Assembly: GCA_030390025.1 (NCBI GenBank) | Contig: CM059431.1 | Coordinates: 125,552,001-125,616,000, forward strand | DNA: 64,000 nucleotides | Direction of reading: 5' to 3' | Source: Squalus acanthias | Taxonomy: Eukaryota | Shown: positions 10,507 to 24,130 of the stretch, piece after piece | Layout of the letters: each line of letters opens with the position of its first letter | How positions within the stretch are numbered: position 1 is the stretch's first letter | Notes under the pieces: generated by a model | The model's input: the letters and a program-made list of their open reading frames with translations, nothing else | Told to the model about the DNA's origin: nothing | Database searches by the model: none | Translations under genes and position numbers: made by a program

Positions 10507-12164
10507 ATTGTGTCTTTCCTGTCCTCAGGATATTCCAATGTGCTTCACAGTCAATGAATCACTTTTAGAAGTGTAGTCACTGTTATTTTCTAGGCTAACA
10601 CAGTGGCCAATACCTGCACAGCCAATTTCCACAAACAGCAGTCGGATAGATGACCAGTAACGTGTTCTTTGGTGTTATTGGTTACATCACCACTACTCCC
10701 TTGTTTAAATTAATAATGCCAACATATATCTATTCAGCCATGCTCTAAAATTGTGTCCTGGCCCTGGTGTGAAATTTAAATAAAAATTCTTCTGCTTGCC
10801 TTGGACTTTGTGCTCAGCCCCATCCAATCCCACTCTAAAATTAAAGAAACAAATTCTCCCTGCCTTGGGTGTTGCATGCCAGCTAGCTCAGGTCCTGCTC
10901 CTGGTGGCTTTTGATCTGAGCCTGCCTGGCTCCCAGCCCTGGTCCTTACAGCTATTGCTTCCATTGGCAAAAAAAAAAACTGCCTCCTGTCTCCACCCCG
11001 CCCAGCTAGCGGCTTCACAAGATGGCTTCCAGAGATGGGTGCTGAAGTGGGATCTCATGACAAAAATAACAGCTATGGGAGAAAGTAATGATGGAGGAAA
11101 TAAACTATGGGGAGGCGATATGTGATGGTGAGGGATAGGAAATGTGATGAAGAGTGTATACATGATCGAAAGAGGGAGAGGTTCATCATGGGTGGTGGGG
11201 ATATCATGCGGAATGGCATTAGGGGATTAGAATGGGAGTTGTTGGGACTAAATATGGGAGGTAGGATAAAGCCAGTGGATTGGAGCAGAACTAAAGGTTG
11301 AGGAAACCACAGTCAATGGTTGATGAGAAGAGGGGATGGCTGCTCATTTAGATTATAAGTGTGGGCAAAGAAACTCACAATAAGAGGTGGAAATTATATA
11401 ATTATGCACTCGCTTACATGCAAACTGTAGAATACTTCCTGGTGTTATGGAAGTCCAATCACAAAATCAAACAACAACAACAGCAACAGAATGAAAAGTG
11501 GGCAAAGATGCAGCTTTATTGATCTGTACCCAATTTCACAAATGGGTATGCACATTTTACAAAAAATTGAGCATAACTGATCAGGAAATCAAGTCAGCTA
11601 ATGGCTTTTCTAATATTAGTTAAATTGGTAGATAGATAGAGTAATGTAAATGAAAGAGCCTTTTCCATTGTGGTGTGGCGGTTGCAGGGAGTGCATCGTG
11701 GGAAATTGTGGATTCACACCAATTAATTAAAATTAATGGATGGAAAATCACAGGCTGTGTGCCCTTGATGTCCCATGAAACACTCCCATCGAGCACTGCT
11801 CCACAGTGGAACCTCAGAATCAGCCCTAAAATCTACAAATTATATATAGATAATTTCAGTGTCTGCAATACAAATTAAAATTCCTAAATAGTAGACTTAA
11901 AAGTTATAAGAACTGCCTTTTTGAAAAATGTTTGATTGTTGTGTCTTCAAATTAACTGTTATTTAATCAAGTGTGGATCCCTGTCTTGTTTCTCCTGAGG
12001 ATTTTCTATTTTCACAGGCTAATGGCTTAAGGCTGTGGTGAAGCAAGGGTTACATCATTGACCTAAATTGAGAGTTTTTGAGAGGGTTCTGTTGTGTGCA
12101 ATGTTATCTGATAGCTATTTTAGACTGAGGTGCTTCCAACACAACTGGATTGGTGATATGTGCT

Positions 12165-12346
12165 AAGAACATAAGAAAAGAACATGAGAATTATGAGCAG
12201 GATTAGGCCATATGGCTCCTTGAACCTGCTCTGTCATTCAATAAGATTATGGCTAATCTTTGACCTCAACTCACTTTCCCACCCAATCCCCCTTGAGTCC
12301 AAAAATCTATCAATCGCAGCCTTGAATATACTCAACAAATGAGCAT
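12165..12346 (-). mobile_element. CR1 LINE 3' fragment
   Basis: AAGAACAT tail and CR1 3'-UTR hairpin motif (gagcaggattaggcc...cctgctc). Confidence 0.65.
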
Positions 12347-15300
12347 TCAACAACAACTTGTAATTAGGTAGCACCTTTAATGCAGTAAAACTGAAAGGAT
12401 ATTTACTAGTTCCAGCCCCTTTGGGGCTATCCCGGATCAGACGTATTTCTCAGATGTTCACTTTCAACTAAAGTTTGAGGTAGCCGAATCCTAAAGACGC
12501 TTAACTGGGTCTAAAGGTCTGGGCTATCTCTCCCTAAAGGAAAGGAGCAACCTGAGAATGTTACCATCCTCCAGATAGCACTTTTAATAAGTTTAGCTAG
12601 ACTGTAACGTCCCGGATATTATGAGGGTCCGGAGATCACCCCTCAGAAATGTACCTCTCCACCAAAGAGTGTCCAGAGATTGGGTTCGCGAGTTATTGAT
12701 ACAGAAGACTTATGTGAGACAATTCTAAAAATATATAGAATTTATTAAAAGAACTGACATGCAATTTACAGTTGGTGAATCAGTCAATCGCAATGCTAAC
12801 AGTTCTAAAAAGAGAAAAAATACGATCTTATTTTTAACAGAGAATCTTACTTTTATATCTCAACTTCACTACAGTATTACAGTTCTTAAAATTTCCTATA
12901 CAGGATATCCATCAATATCAAATTATCTTCGATCCCCGTGGTACAAAGAGTGGAAGACCACAGAGCCGCCTCTGTAGTCGAGAATCGTCTTGCCCGATTA
13001 AAGCAATGCTGATATCCCATTTGAGACTTCAATATTTATACCCTTTTTCAGTTGTATCCCATAAGGTTTCTGCTGATCCAAGTTAATTATCACTATTCAT
13101 CTTTCTGCTGACCTCTTGCAATTCTTACTTCTACATCGGCAATAGTTATTGGGCGTTTTTACCATACAGGTGTGAATGCAGATGTCTCTTGTTTCACGTG
13201 TCATCTTTACGAGGGCAGATGTTCCTTATCTTATGTGCCATCTTTAAGAGGTTTAATTTTAGATCACTTATCCAGGGTTGACCATTGTTCTGCTCCCAAA
13301 AGGCCAGGATTCTTTCATAAGAAAGTGTATTTTTCTAAAAAGGCTATATAGTATATTCCTTCTCAAACATACCAAGGCACTTCACAGGAGTATTAAAAGA
13401 CAAAAAATGTGTCACCGAGCCACATAAGGAGAAATTAGGGCAGGTGACCAAAAGCTTAGTCAAACAGGTAGGTTTTAAGGAGCATCTTAAAGGAGGAAAG
13501 AGAGGTAGAGAGGCGGAGAGGTTTAGGCAGGGAATTCCAGAGCTTCGGACCTTGGCAACAGAAGGCACAGCCACCAATGGTTGGGTGATTATAATCAGGG
13601 ATGCTCAGGAGGGCAGAATTAGAGGAGCGCAGAAATCTTGGGGGGTTGTGGGGCAGAAGGAGATTACAGAGATAGGGAGGGGCGAGGCCATGGAGGGATT
13701 TGAAAACAAGGATGAGAATTTTGAAATCGAAGTGCTGCTTAACTGGGAGCCAATGTAGGCCAGCGAGCACAGCGGTGATGGGTGAACGGGACTTGGTGCA
13801 AGTTAGGACATGGGCAGTCGAGTTTTGGATGACCTCAAGTTTACGTCGGATAGAACGTGGGAGACCAGCCAGGAGTGCTTTGGAATAGTCAAGTCTAGAA
13901 GTAACAAAGGCATGGATGACGGTTTCAGCAGCGGATGAGCTGAGGCAAGGGCGGAGACGGGTGATGTTATGGTGGTGGAAATAGGCAGTCTTAGTTATGC
14001 TGTGGAAATGTGGTCGGAAGCTCATTTCAGGGTCAAATATGATACCAAGGTTGCGAACAGTGTGGTTCAGCCTCAGACAGATGTTAGGGAGAGGGATGGA
14101 GTCAGTGGCTATGGAACGGAGTTTGTGGTGGGGGCCAAAAACAATGGCTTCCGTCTTCCCAATATTTAATTGGAGAAAATTTCTGCTCATCCAGAACTGG
14201 ATGTCGGACAAACAGTCTGACAATTTAGAGACCGTGGAGGGGTCGAGAGAAGTGGTAGTGAGGTAGAGCTGGGTGTCGTCAGCGTACATGTGGAAACTGA
14301 CACTGTGGTTTCTGATGATGTCGCCAAGGCCAATATGTAGATGAGAAATAGGAGAGGGCCAAGGATAGATACTTGGTGGACACCAGAGTTAATGATGTGG
14401 GAGCTGGAAGAGAAGCCATTGCAGACGATTCTATGGCTACAAAGAGATAAATAAGAATGGAACCAGGCGAGTGCAGTCCCACCCAGCTGGACGACGGTGG
14501 AGAGGTGTTGGAGAGAGATGGAGTGGTCAACCATGCGAAAGGCTGCAGACAAGTCAAGAAGGACGAGGAGAGATAGTTTACCTTTGTCACAGTCACAAAG
14601 GATGTAATTTGTGACTTTGATGAGCACTGTTTCATACTGTGGCAAGGGTGGAAACCTGATTGGAGGGATTCAAACATGGAGTTGCAGGAAAGATGGGCAT
14701 GGATTTGGGAGGCGACAACACATTCAAGGAATTTGGAGAGGAAAGGAAGGTTGGAGATGGGGTGGTAGTTTGCAAGGACGGAAGGGTCAAAGGTTGATTT
14801 TTTGAGTAGCAGGCGATGACGGCAGATTTGAGGGAGAGGGAGACAGTAACTGAGGAGAGAGAACCGTTAACAATGTCAGCTAACATGGGAGCCAGAAAAG
14901 GAAGTTGGGTAGTCAGCAGTTTGGTGGGAATAGGGTCGAGGGAGCAGGAAGTGGGCCTCATGGACAAGATGAACATGGAGAGGTCATGAGGGGAGATCGG
15001 AGAGAAACTAGAGAAAGATGTGAGTTCAGGGCTAGGGCAGGGGGGAACCTTAGAGGAAGTTTGGCCCATGGGCTAGGGGAAGGAAGGGAAGTGGCAGAGG
15101 CAGCTGAATGGATGTTCTCAATCTTAGAGACAAAGAAGTCCATGAGCTCCTCACACTTGTTGTCGGAGGTGAGGGTGGAGGAGACGGGAGAGAGGTTTAA
15201 GAAGACGGTTAGCAGTAGAGAATAGGAGCCAGGGTTTATCTTTGCATTCCAGAATGATTCTGGAATAGTGAGCAATTTTGGTAGACAAGAGCAGGTCCTG

Positions 15301-15610
15301 ATAATGCTTTATGTGGTCCAGCCAGATCTGGCAGTGAATGGCTAAACCAATTGTTCGCCATATCCGTTCAAGTCTGCGGCCCTTGGACTTAGGGAGCGAA
15401 GATGAGGGCCATACCAGGGGGAACGGCCAGGGTGAGAGAGTAATTCTTTTAATATGGACTAGGGCATCAAAGGTGGTGGTGAGGGTGTGGTTGAGTAGAA
15501 ATGTCATGGTGAATGGAGGGCCAAAGGCTGGACAGTTGTGATTTCATAAATGCAGTTGTAAGAGAGTTGAGAGAGAGTTTTTCCAGGGGTGGACACAGAA
15601 GGAAGTAGGG
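12347..15610 (-). mobile_element. L2 LINE, 5'-truncated and frameshifted; 3' end split by a solo LTR
   Basis: RT fragments MYADDTQLYL, LLDLSAAF, HAFVTSRLDY, LHWLPV; tail CAACAACAAC at ~12349. Confidence 0.88.
12392..13365 (-). mobile_element. Solo LTR of a second, unrelated family (~974 bp)
   Basis: TGAAAGGAT...TTCCTTCTCA termini with short inverted repeats; (A)AAC duplication; interrupts the L2 tail; minus-strand TATAAA ~13037 and AATAAA ~12743. Confidence 0.78.
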
Positions 15611-16569
15611 TTGGGGGGGGGGGGAGGGGGGCGGGGGCATGGAAGGGGGATTCACAGCCCTCTGGGGTAGAGAATTCCAAATATTCACATGTGTTGGTTT
15701 TGATTATGCTAAATCTGCCCCATTAATACCACAGGGCCCATTTGGCAACAATGTTTAACTGAACGTGTGTGATATCATGCATGCCCAGTTAGTGGAAAGT
15801 CATGTTTATGATTTTGTCTGCATAGTCACGGATTCTCCCTGCTATCTGTACAAATCGGCAATGCCAAAAGTGCATCACTGGCCAGTACAGGCAGGCTGGC
15901 AGGCCACAGACTTGTCAGGTCCAAAAATGGTGGAACCGACCGCACAGCATCAGTACCTGCAGTTTATGTTCATGCTAATGTGGCAGTTTGGGTTGATAGG
16001 AGTGATTGAAAATCCTAGTCCAACAGGTTATCCCTGCTTCCGGTTGCAACAGGATCTGGCCATTTATACTACAAGGTGTCACCTCTGACACTCTTGCCAT
16101 CTAAGGCCACCCTGTATTGTAAAAGGCACATAGGTGTAATGAATTCTTTGCAGCCTCTCAGCCTGACTCTCTAAGCATACAGTCAAGTTTGCACGGTGTG
16201 CTCGACACAGATAAAGGAAAAGGAATTTATTGAGGTTAAAACAGATTAGCAGTCAATGCAGCTGATCACTATGTGGAATTCCGTGCTGAACAATTCTAAC
16301 CTGTGAGTATACTGTTAAATCCATTGGCTGTTCCATTGGGAAAAAAAGTTATAGACATAATTTTTCATTCCTTTCATACTGATCTGCTTCTATTTTAGTG
16401 TCAGTTCAATGCTACAGAGTATGTGTGAATATGCCATTTGAACAGTTAGTGCAAATTCATATTTGCAACGTAATTAATCTGATCAGGACCTTCCTCAATG
16501 TCAAAGAATGTCCTTAAAGATTAGCAATGCTGAAAGCGTAAGAACTGTAAGAATAGCACAACGGTTTGC

Positions 16570-17110
16570 CAATGTAAACTAGTGAAAGAGAAATCTAGGA
16601 CCGATGTCATGAAGTTATTTTTCACACAAAGCATGATCAACATATGGATGGACTTCTGAGTAAAGTAGTGGAACAAAAACCCTGGAATCACTTAAGAAAG
16701 AACTGGATGCTACAATGGAATTGTCGGGTCTTTCTGGGTGGATAAACTAAGATGGCCTCCCTTATCTGAGTTCATCTTGTGATCTGAGAGTGGTTTTCAA
16801 GATTATTCATAATTATTATTGAGCAAGTTAATAGTGAAATAGTTTTTCTGCTGATTGATAAATAACACTAGAACAGTGAAGGAGGAAGTCAGTGGATTTT
16901 TTTCACACACAGTTATGAGAATGCTCTTTTAACATAAATAGCTATTGAGTAATTTAACAGGGAATTTAGTAAGTATTTGAATAGGAAGAATAGACACGTA
17001 AAAGGCAGGGAAATGAGATCAGACTAGATAGCTCCAGTTGAAGAGCTGGCACCAACACAGGCACAATGGGCTGAATAGCCTGCTTCTGTGCTGTCATCTC
17101 TATGACTCTA
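16570..17110 (+). mobile_element. Two old CR1 3' fragments
   Basis: TTTTTCACACA (FFTQ) motifs and CR1-like 3' UTR remnants. Confidence 0.5.
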
Positions 17111-17566
17111 TAATTACACGGTGCATGGCAGGCATGAAGATGATTCTAGGAAACAAAGAGGGGACCCTGAAAGATAAAGATGAAGCAAAACAACTTGTGA
17201 TAAAAATAAAGCATGGTATTGTCATCTTTTTGTCACAGTATATATGGGGTTAAAAACAGCATCAATGTGGCCCAGCTTATTTTGGTACAATATGCCAGAA
17301 TATAGATGTTAGGGTAGAAGCTACAGCATTGGCGTTTTGACACTAGAAGTGTCGTGATTGAAACTTCCACCCACTATTTTTGGCCCACTATGACTCTGTC
17401 CCAAATACCTGAGACAGGGTCACTTAAACATTCAGCCCAAGAATCCACATCAGTAGTGGCACTACAGATACACTCATCCAGTGGAAATGCCATAATCTTG
17501 GAGAGATTTCTTTGCTTAATCAATCTGTTTGCTAGTTTATAGCCGAAGCCTCAGTCTAGTAAAATA

Positions 17567-18232
17567 TTGGGAAAAATTGGGTTGCGCCCCCTTCGGGGCG
17601 CTAACTTCACCAGGGCGCCCGGAATTGAGTGGTAGTGACCCAAGCAGGAGGCGGGGCGCTACTGGAAGCGTTCCCCCTCCCTCTTGGGGCGCTCCCATTG
17701 AATATCGCAACGCTACATGCAGCAGCGCTACGCGAGTCGGCACATAGCGCCGCGGTACTACAGGCCTCCCTCCCCTGATTAAAGGGGAGGGGCTTAGCGC
17801 TGCATGCACTGGGGAGCGGGGTACCGGCATAAGAGCCCGGCACTCAAGTGGAGTGCCAGGCTGACCGATCGCGGCCGGCACCCCACAGGAGGAGGCGAGA
17901 GGGGGCAGGTGCTGGCAGGCAGCCCAAAAAAAAAGGCCACCCGGCACCTGCCCTTTAATTTGCGCCGCCCCGGCCACAAACACGGCACCCTGACCCTGTC
18001 GGACATAGCGTGTGGCGGCGCGAGCGAAGTTTGCGGCTGGGGCACGAGCGTGGCACAGCGCATGGCGATGACATCATCGCCAGAGGCGCAGCACCGCGGG
18101 GTGCTACCGGCTACCGCTGCCAATAACCTCCCGCTGAATTTCACGGGAGGCGTTTGTGGCGTAGGTCCATTGCTCTCCGTTAGTGCCCTCGGGGCACTAA
18201 TGGGAGGTGCAAAGCAACCGAATTTTTCCCCC
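17567..18232. mobile_element. GC/CpG-rich Harbinger-type MITE
   Basis: TIRs GGGAAAAATTGGGTTGC / GGGAAAAATTCGGTTGC; left end resembles the autonomous-type element end at 57664. Confidence 0.75.
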
Positions 18233-19289
18233 TTATTCTCCACCTTCTGAAGTGAAGGAAGATCCTTTGATATAACCAGTGAGCCAAAATACAGCAAAAG
18301 GATACTCTATTTGACACCTATGCTCTCTACAAATTACCTAGATATTGGATAGGTAAAGACACATTCTGGCTCATAGACAGGAGTGATCTGAAATGCAGAA
18401 CCAACAAAAAATATCTAGATATAGAGGCCCAAAAATATAACACAACTGTAGAATAAAAAGGAAAGAAAAGAGTCCCATCCTCATTCTCACATCTTCACAA
18501 AGAGTAAGAGATGACTGCAACAAAGACCCTCTAATTTTGGAAGAAGAGTGTCGGGCAGATCCACACAGCAAATCGAGGAATACTATTAATAGGAAGATGC
18601 AGAAAGATGGTAACAGAAAAGGACACCCCCTTCCCTGCCAAGAGAGCAACCAAAGGGGGACATTAAGTCAAAAAATTCCTTTGTGTATAATGGGGCCAAT
18701 TTTCACTCTTGATTAGCCGTCAGCGACTTGTATTTTTTTTGGTGCTGGAGGGAGCACTCTTGCTGTTCCTGGCTCCACAAAAATATGACCAAGAAACTTT
18801 TCTGGGCTGTTTGGAGTCGCCAACGGCGGTCCCTATTAGGACCAATGGTCAGGCCGCTCAACATCAGGACACATGTGTGGACTGTGCACTCTCTGCCTAT
18901 GCATCCCTAAAATTTGCAATTGGGGGTCCTAACTGTAACGTTATAGGACCCGATTTGCATAATTAAGAAACATACTGGCTGAAACAGCTGGTATTGCGGC
19001 TGCACAAGGGTAAGCAGCTTTAAAAATGGCAGCAGCCAAAGTGTCAGCATTAACGGACAGTAAGTCTACTGACCCTGTTTTTAGGCCGTTACTGTACCTT
19101 TAACACTGATTTGGCCGAGTGACAACCGGCCCACCTGAATGAACTTCACCAAGTTGATGTGGACAGTATACGTCACACTTTCCAGTTGGACTATGTTCCA
19201 TAATCTCTGGACCAATCAGGTCCCCATATTATAATACAAAAGAATATCTATTGGGAGCAGTCACACACAATGAAGAGAGTTGGGATCAT

Positions 19290-19695
19290 CCCCTGCATGG
19301 TTAAACCTTCTGCTCAAGATCCAGTCCAGAGACTTGAGCACATAATCTAGGCTGGCGCGTCATTGTAGTACTGCACATAGTAGGTGCTGTCTTTCAGTGG
19401 ACTTTAAATTGGGATCCTGCCTGGTCTCTCAGATGAACATAAAAGTCCCATGGCACTATTTGAAGAAGAGTTATCCAGTGTCCTGCCTAACACTTATTCC
19501 TCAAGCAAAACTATTGAAGTAAATTATCTGGTCATTTCTCTCATTACTGTTTGTGGGACTTTGCTGTGTGCTGTGTTTCCCTACATTACAACAGTGACTA
19601 TACAGCAAAAAAATACCTCATTAGCTGTGAAACACTTTGGAATGTCCTGTGGTGGTAAAAAGTTATAAATAAATGCATGTTATTTCTTTCTTTCT
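19290..19695 (+). mobile_element. Deu-domain SINE (SacSINE1-like)
   Basis: Deu-like core (gagcacataatctaggctg...cccatggcactatttgaagaagag) and L2-type tail. Confidence 0.6.
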
Positions 19696-19698
19696 TTG

Positions 19699-19870
19699 TA
19701 TCTATCTATCTATATGTCCATCTCTCTATCTATTTATCTATCTGTCTATCTATCTATATGTCCATCTCTCTATCTATTTATCTATCTATCTATATGTCCA
19801 TCTCTCTATCTATTTATCTATCTATCTATATGTCCATCTCTTTATCTATCTATCTCTCTTTCTATCTATA
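19699..19870. repeat. Compound (TATC)n microsatellite with ~36-bp higher-order unit
   Basis: Repeated TATCTATCTATATGTCCATCTCTCTATCTATT. Confidence 0.95.
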
Positions 19871-20314
19871 TCTTCTTTCCATGAAAGATAGTAAATGGAA
19901 TAATTGCTTTTCTTTATTTTCTGTATCTTCAGTGAACTTTATAAATAGCTGCAGGGGTAACTGTCAATTTAAGTTAATCATAAGGTTTATTTGCACTTTC
20001 CTTATTCTAAAGCTCAGCTTGAAGTTAGTTTGCTTGCTGTGATGTTTGAAAGTTAACTCATTGTACATTAGTCACAGTAAATCAACCTTTCGGCTCAACC
20101 TTAGCAGAAACAAGCCCCAGTTCTGAAAGATTTGCAATCCTGAAAAATCAGTTTAAAGTGCTTCATTTTTCTTCTGATTTTGACTTGGAGATTTCTGTGG
20201 ATAAATTTTAATACTTGAGACTACAATGAAGGCTGTAAAAAGAAAAATTGCTTAAAAAAATTTATAATTTTGAGACACTGCTGTAGCTTGCAGCAAATAT
20301 TGGGAGAATTATAT

Positions 20315-20952
20315 GGCCTATAAATTTCGCCACACAGTGCCCGGTTTTTGAGCGCTAACTGGCCTAATAAGCCTCAATATGGTGGATAATAAGCATCTGC
20401 ATATTTGTGATGGAAGTGCCCAAAATTGGTGAAGGAAAAAAAAAGCCTGCAACAAGCATTATTCCCTTCGCATATGTAACTAAGGGGCCTAACACCTGTT
20501 TGAGGCCCCCACTGCACGACTGGTTTGCCCTGAGGCAGCCGACACATGCTGCCCACAAGATAAGATTTTGAAATATACTTACCTTAATATGGTGGCAAAA
20601 GGAGCAGGATTGCTCCTGCTGACTCCACATTTAAAGAATGCGGGCCACCGCACCCCCACCCCCCTGATTGCCGCCACTCCCCCCGACCCAGTCTCCAGTC
20701 CCCTTCCCCAGCCTCTAATCTCCCACTCCTTAACCTTCAATTATCTCCACCCCCAGCCTCAAGTCTCCTGACTCCTGACCCTCACTTACCAAGTACTGTC
20801 AATTTAAGTTTTATCATAAGCTTTATTTGCACTTTCCTTATACTAAAACTCAGTTTGAAGTTAGTTTGCTTGCTGTGATGAGTGAAACATCACTTACGCT
20901 AGCAGGAAATGTACCCCGTGCCCAAAAATGATCGCGCACAAATTTCAACCCC
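20315..20952. mobile_element. Harbinger-type MITE with 3-bp TSD TAT
   Basis: TIRs GGCCTATAAATTT / GGGGTTGAAATTT; TAT at 20312-20314 and 20953-20955. Confidence 0.68.
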
Positions 20953-21633
20953 TATAAGTTCAAATTTTCTAAGAACCCTGTAAAAGAAAAAAAGCAAACA
21001 TATTACAAGAAGAAAATGTTAATTTTTAATAAATGGCATCATCTGCATATCAACAGTCACTACACTTCAAACTGCATGTATGTTCAGTGTTTTGGGATAT
21101 TTGTGAGAAATTTCATCTGATGCTCTATAAATACAATTTCTTCTTTCCTCTCTCTGTGCATGTGTTTTGCGAGACTATTCTGACAATAAGTTGCCAAAAT
21201 TCCTCGGGCGGTCCACCATAACTGGTGGGAGACTAATGGAACTCCTCGCAAACAGCAACCGTTTCTGGGTGTTCCCATGGGCCTAGTAAGGGGTGGAATC
21301 TCCACCGGACTCTTACAGAGGCACAGGGCCAAGGGCTGGGACTTCCAGCTCTGGGAGTTCCCACACCCTCGACCTATAATATTGGAGGCCAGTATACCAA
21401 GGCAGAAAGGTGCAGGAGCCTCCAATCCCAGTGCGAGCGTATACCATCTGGGGATTCACAGATTCAGTTTAAGGGGAGTCCAGCAATACCCCCCTCACAT
21501 CCCCCAAGCTGGCCAATTACAACGCTCTCTGATGGGGATGCTCCTGACACACCCCCAAGTGTCAAAGGCACCTTATTGTAGCCTCAACCCCTGATGCCAT
21601 GAACTCTCCAGGATAAGTGATGATGTATGAAGG

Positions 21634-22410
21634 TGGGTAAATCTTGGCAATTACACAGTTATACCCGTGTGAAATACCCGTGCATATTCGGGCCTGGAGT
21701 ATTTTAAGATCACATTTTGATTCACAGGGAGCCAGAGCTTGCCTATGATAGTGGACGTTTTGGATTGGGTATCGGGACAGAGCTCAAATGATAACAACAA
21801 TGGTATGTATATTCTGATCTCTACGGGTGTGTACGCGCTGTGTTTCAGGCATGCCAAGCACATGTGTTGAAAACCAGCATTTCCGATTTGTCAAGAATGC
21901 GTAAGGCCTGCTTTTACCAGCATAAGAGTTGAAAAAAGTTTTTTAATTTTTTTTTCACTCATTTATCATTTAAAATTACTTTAAAAAAAGGTACGTTTAT
22001 TTTTAGCCCCGTAAAAAACTTTAATTTTTTATTCAACAAATTAAATTTTTGTTTAAAATATTTGATTTATTGTAATTTCAATTCATTTAAAAAATGTGAT
22101 TTAAAAAAAAAATTATTTAATGTTTTACAGTGTTTTTGGGGTGATCTCCATTCATATATTTGCCAGGTCTATCTGTCAAGTGTATGAAGGGAGATTCCCT
22201 TCTCCTATTGGCTCCTCATGGCCCACGTAATCCCAGGGACGCTTGCGAACCGCATGCACTTCTGAGATACGTGGGCCCTGCACATTTCGAGTTGGAGAGG
22301 CCCAGGAGCGGAAGTATACGCACCTCAGGAGCCCTCAGGTAAGTCCCTAGATTTTTTCCAGATCGGAGGCCTCCGCATGCAGGAAGCCTCCGATCGGAAA
22401 ATATGGGCCA
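21634..22410. mobile_element. Harbinger-type MITE (left boundary approximate)
   Basis: Internal homology (ggcccacgtaatcccaggg, AT-rich core) to 4841-5479 and 45594-46356; right end AAAATATGGGCC. Confidence 0.6.
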
Positions 22411-23684
22411 TAATATACCATGGATACACATTTCACCCATAAAGGTGATATTGCTGACCATTATTGAAGCTGGAGAGAGATGTATTATCATGCACCATTT
22501 TTATTCTGTTGACACCACTTCACTAACAAAAATTATGTATTTAATCTTAGTGCGAGGTAATCGTTGCATGGTTTTCAGTTCACTCCCAATTGTCTTGCTG
22601 TTTTGTCACTGCTGATCTCAACCAGATGCTACTGCTATTAAAGATCCACTCTAACGTTATTACTGCTGCCAACCCCACCCCTATAGCTGATAACGCTGGC
22701 AACCTCGCCTCCACTGCTGCTGCCAGTCCTGTTCCCAATCCTACAGCTGATCATAATTCCAATATGGCCGCCATTCTTTCGAGAAATGCAGGTTGGAGGA
22801 TGGGCGGCTGAACATTGAAAAAGCCTTCACAAGAGGTCATTATATTGACCACTCTCATCAACTAATTGCCCAGTAGAAATTCCTCTTAATAATTTGTACA
22901 AATTCTTCAGTGAAACATCTGCAGAGTGCATTACATGTAGTGCAGAGAAGTAGAGTGCAATGTTGACACTGAGAATTGAGTGCTCAGCTATTAATATAAT
23001 GTTATAGCCTTGGATGCTCCAGATTGGCACTGAAGACTGAAAAAGATGCGGAGTGGCATAGAACGTTTTGGAGTCGATCACTGTTGGGAGTGCATAGTTG
23101 AGCTACAGCGCTGTGAAAGCATGTCTCCATGTCTTGAAATTGGGCGTGGAGGTGGGTCCACCATGTACCACAAAATCAGTAAGGTTCCAGTACATTTAAT
23201 AGGATAATTATTAATATTATTCATTAATGATGGTGAAGTGCAGCAACGGAAGCTTATTAATTTCATAATGGGGACATGGTATTAATCAGCAGTAAATCAG
23301 CTCTACAGTGCTAGCTGATTTTATTCAACATTAGCAGAGTGGAGAACAAACTTTTAAGTAGGAGATTAAGTTTATTCACTGATCAAAATGTAGAACCATT
23401 CTTAGAAATGCAGTAAAAGAATTAGAGAGGTGTTAAAGGATCTTTAATCACTTGTACATGACCAGGAGTGATTTAAGCAAGGAATTTAAAAGATGTTTAT
23501 AAAATTCAGGGCATATGACTTGTACTTGTAACACGAAATTGTAAGCTTTAATGGAGTTTATTACAACAAAGCCATAACATTGTGATTTTATAGAATTTCA
23601 CAGTGCATCTACAGCTTGGAAACAGAAACATAGAAAATAGGAGCAGGGGTAGGCCATTTGGCCCTTCGAGCCTGCTCTGCCATT

Positions 23685-24130
23685 CATAGAAACATAGAAA
23701 CATAGAAACATAGAATCTAGGAGCAGGAGTAGGCCATTCGGCCCGTCGAGCCTGCTCCACCATTCAATACGATCATGGCTGATCATCCAAATCCAGTACC
23801 CTGTCCCTGCTTTAATCCCCACAGTACACATATCCCACCCTACCCCTGTAACCCCACGCATCCAATTCCCCCTAACATATCCCATCCTATCCCCATAACC
23901 CCACATATTTAATCCCCCCCTAACACTAAGGGTCAATTTATCATAGCCAAATCAACCTAACCCGCACATTTTTGGACTGTGGGAGGAAACCGGAGCACCC
24001 GGAGGAAACCCACGCAGACACGGGGAGAATGTGCAAACTCCACACAGACAGTCACCCGAGGTCAGATTCAAACCCGGGTCCCTGGCGCTGTGAGGCACCA
24101 GTGCTAACCACTATGCCACCGTGTTGCCCT
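23685..24130 (-). mobile_element. HE1-like V-SINE inserted in the CR1-A 3' UTR
   Basis: tRNA head GGTGGCATAGTGG, V-domain GTGGAGTTTGCACATTCTCCCCGTGTCTGCGTGGGTTTCCTCCGGG, CR1-derived tail (TATGTTTC)n. Confidence 0.88.

Noticed and set aside
17537..18297. GC-rich ORFs or a CpG-island host promoter
   Set aside because: Fully contained in a TIR-bounded MITE; no recognisable protein motifs
18692..19225. Additional Harbinger MITE
   Set aside because: Ends are only weakly inverted and there is no TSD, so it is plausible but not supportable
19673..20042. I/Y/L/S-rich ORFs (also 52727-53028)
   Set aside because: Translation of (TATC)n microsatellites
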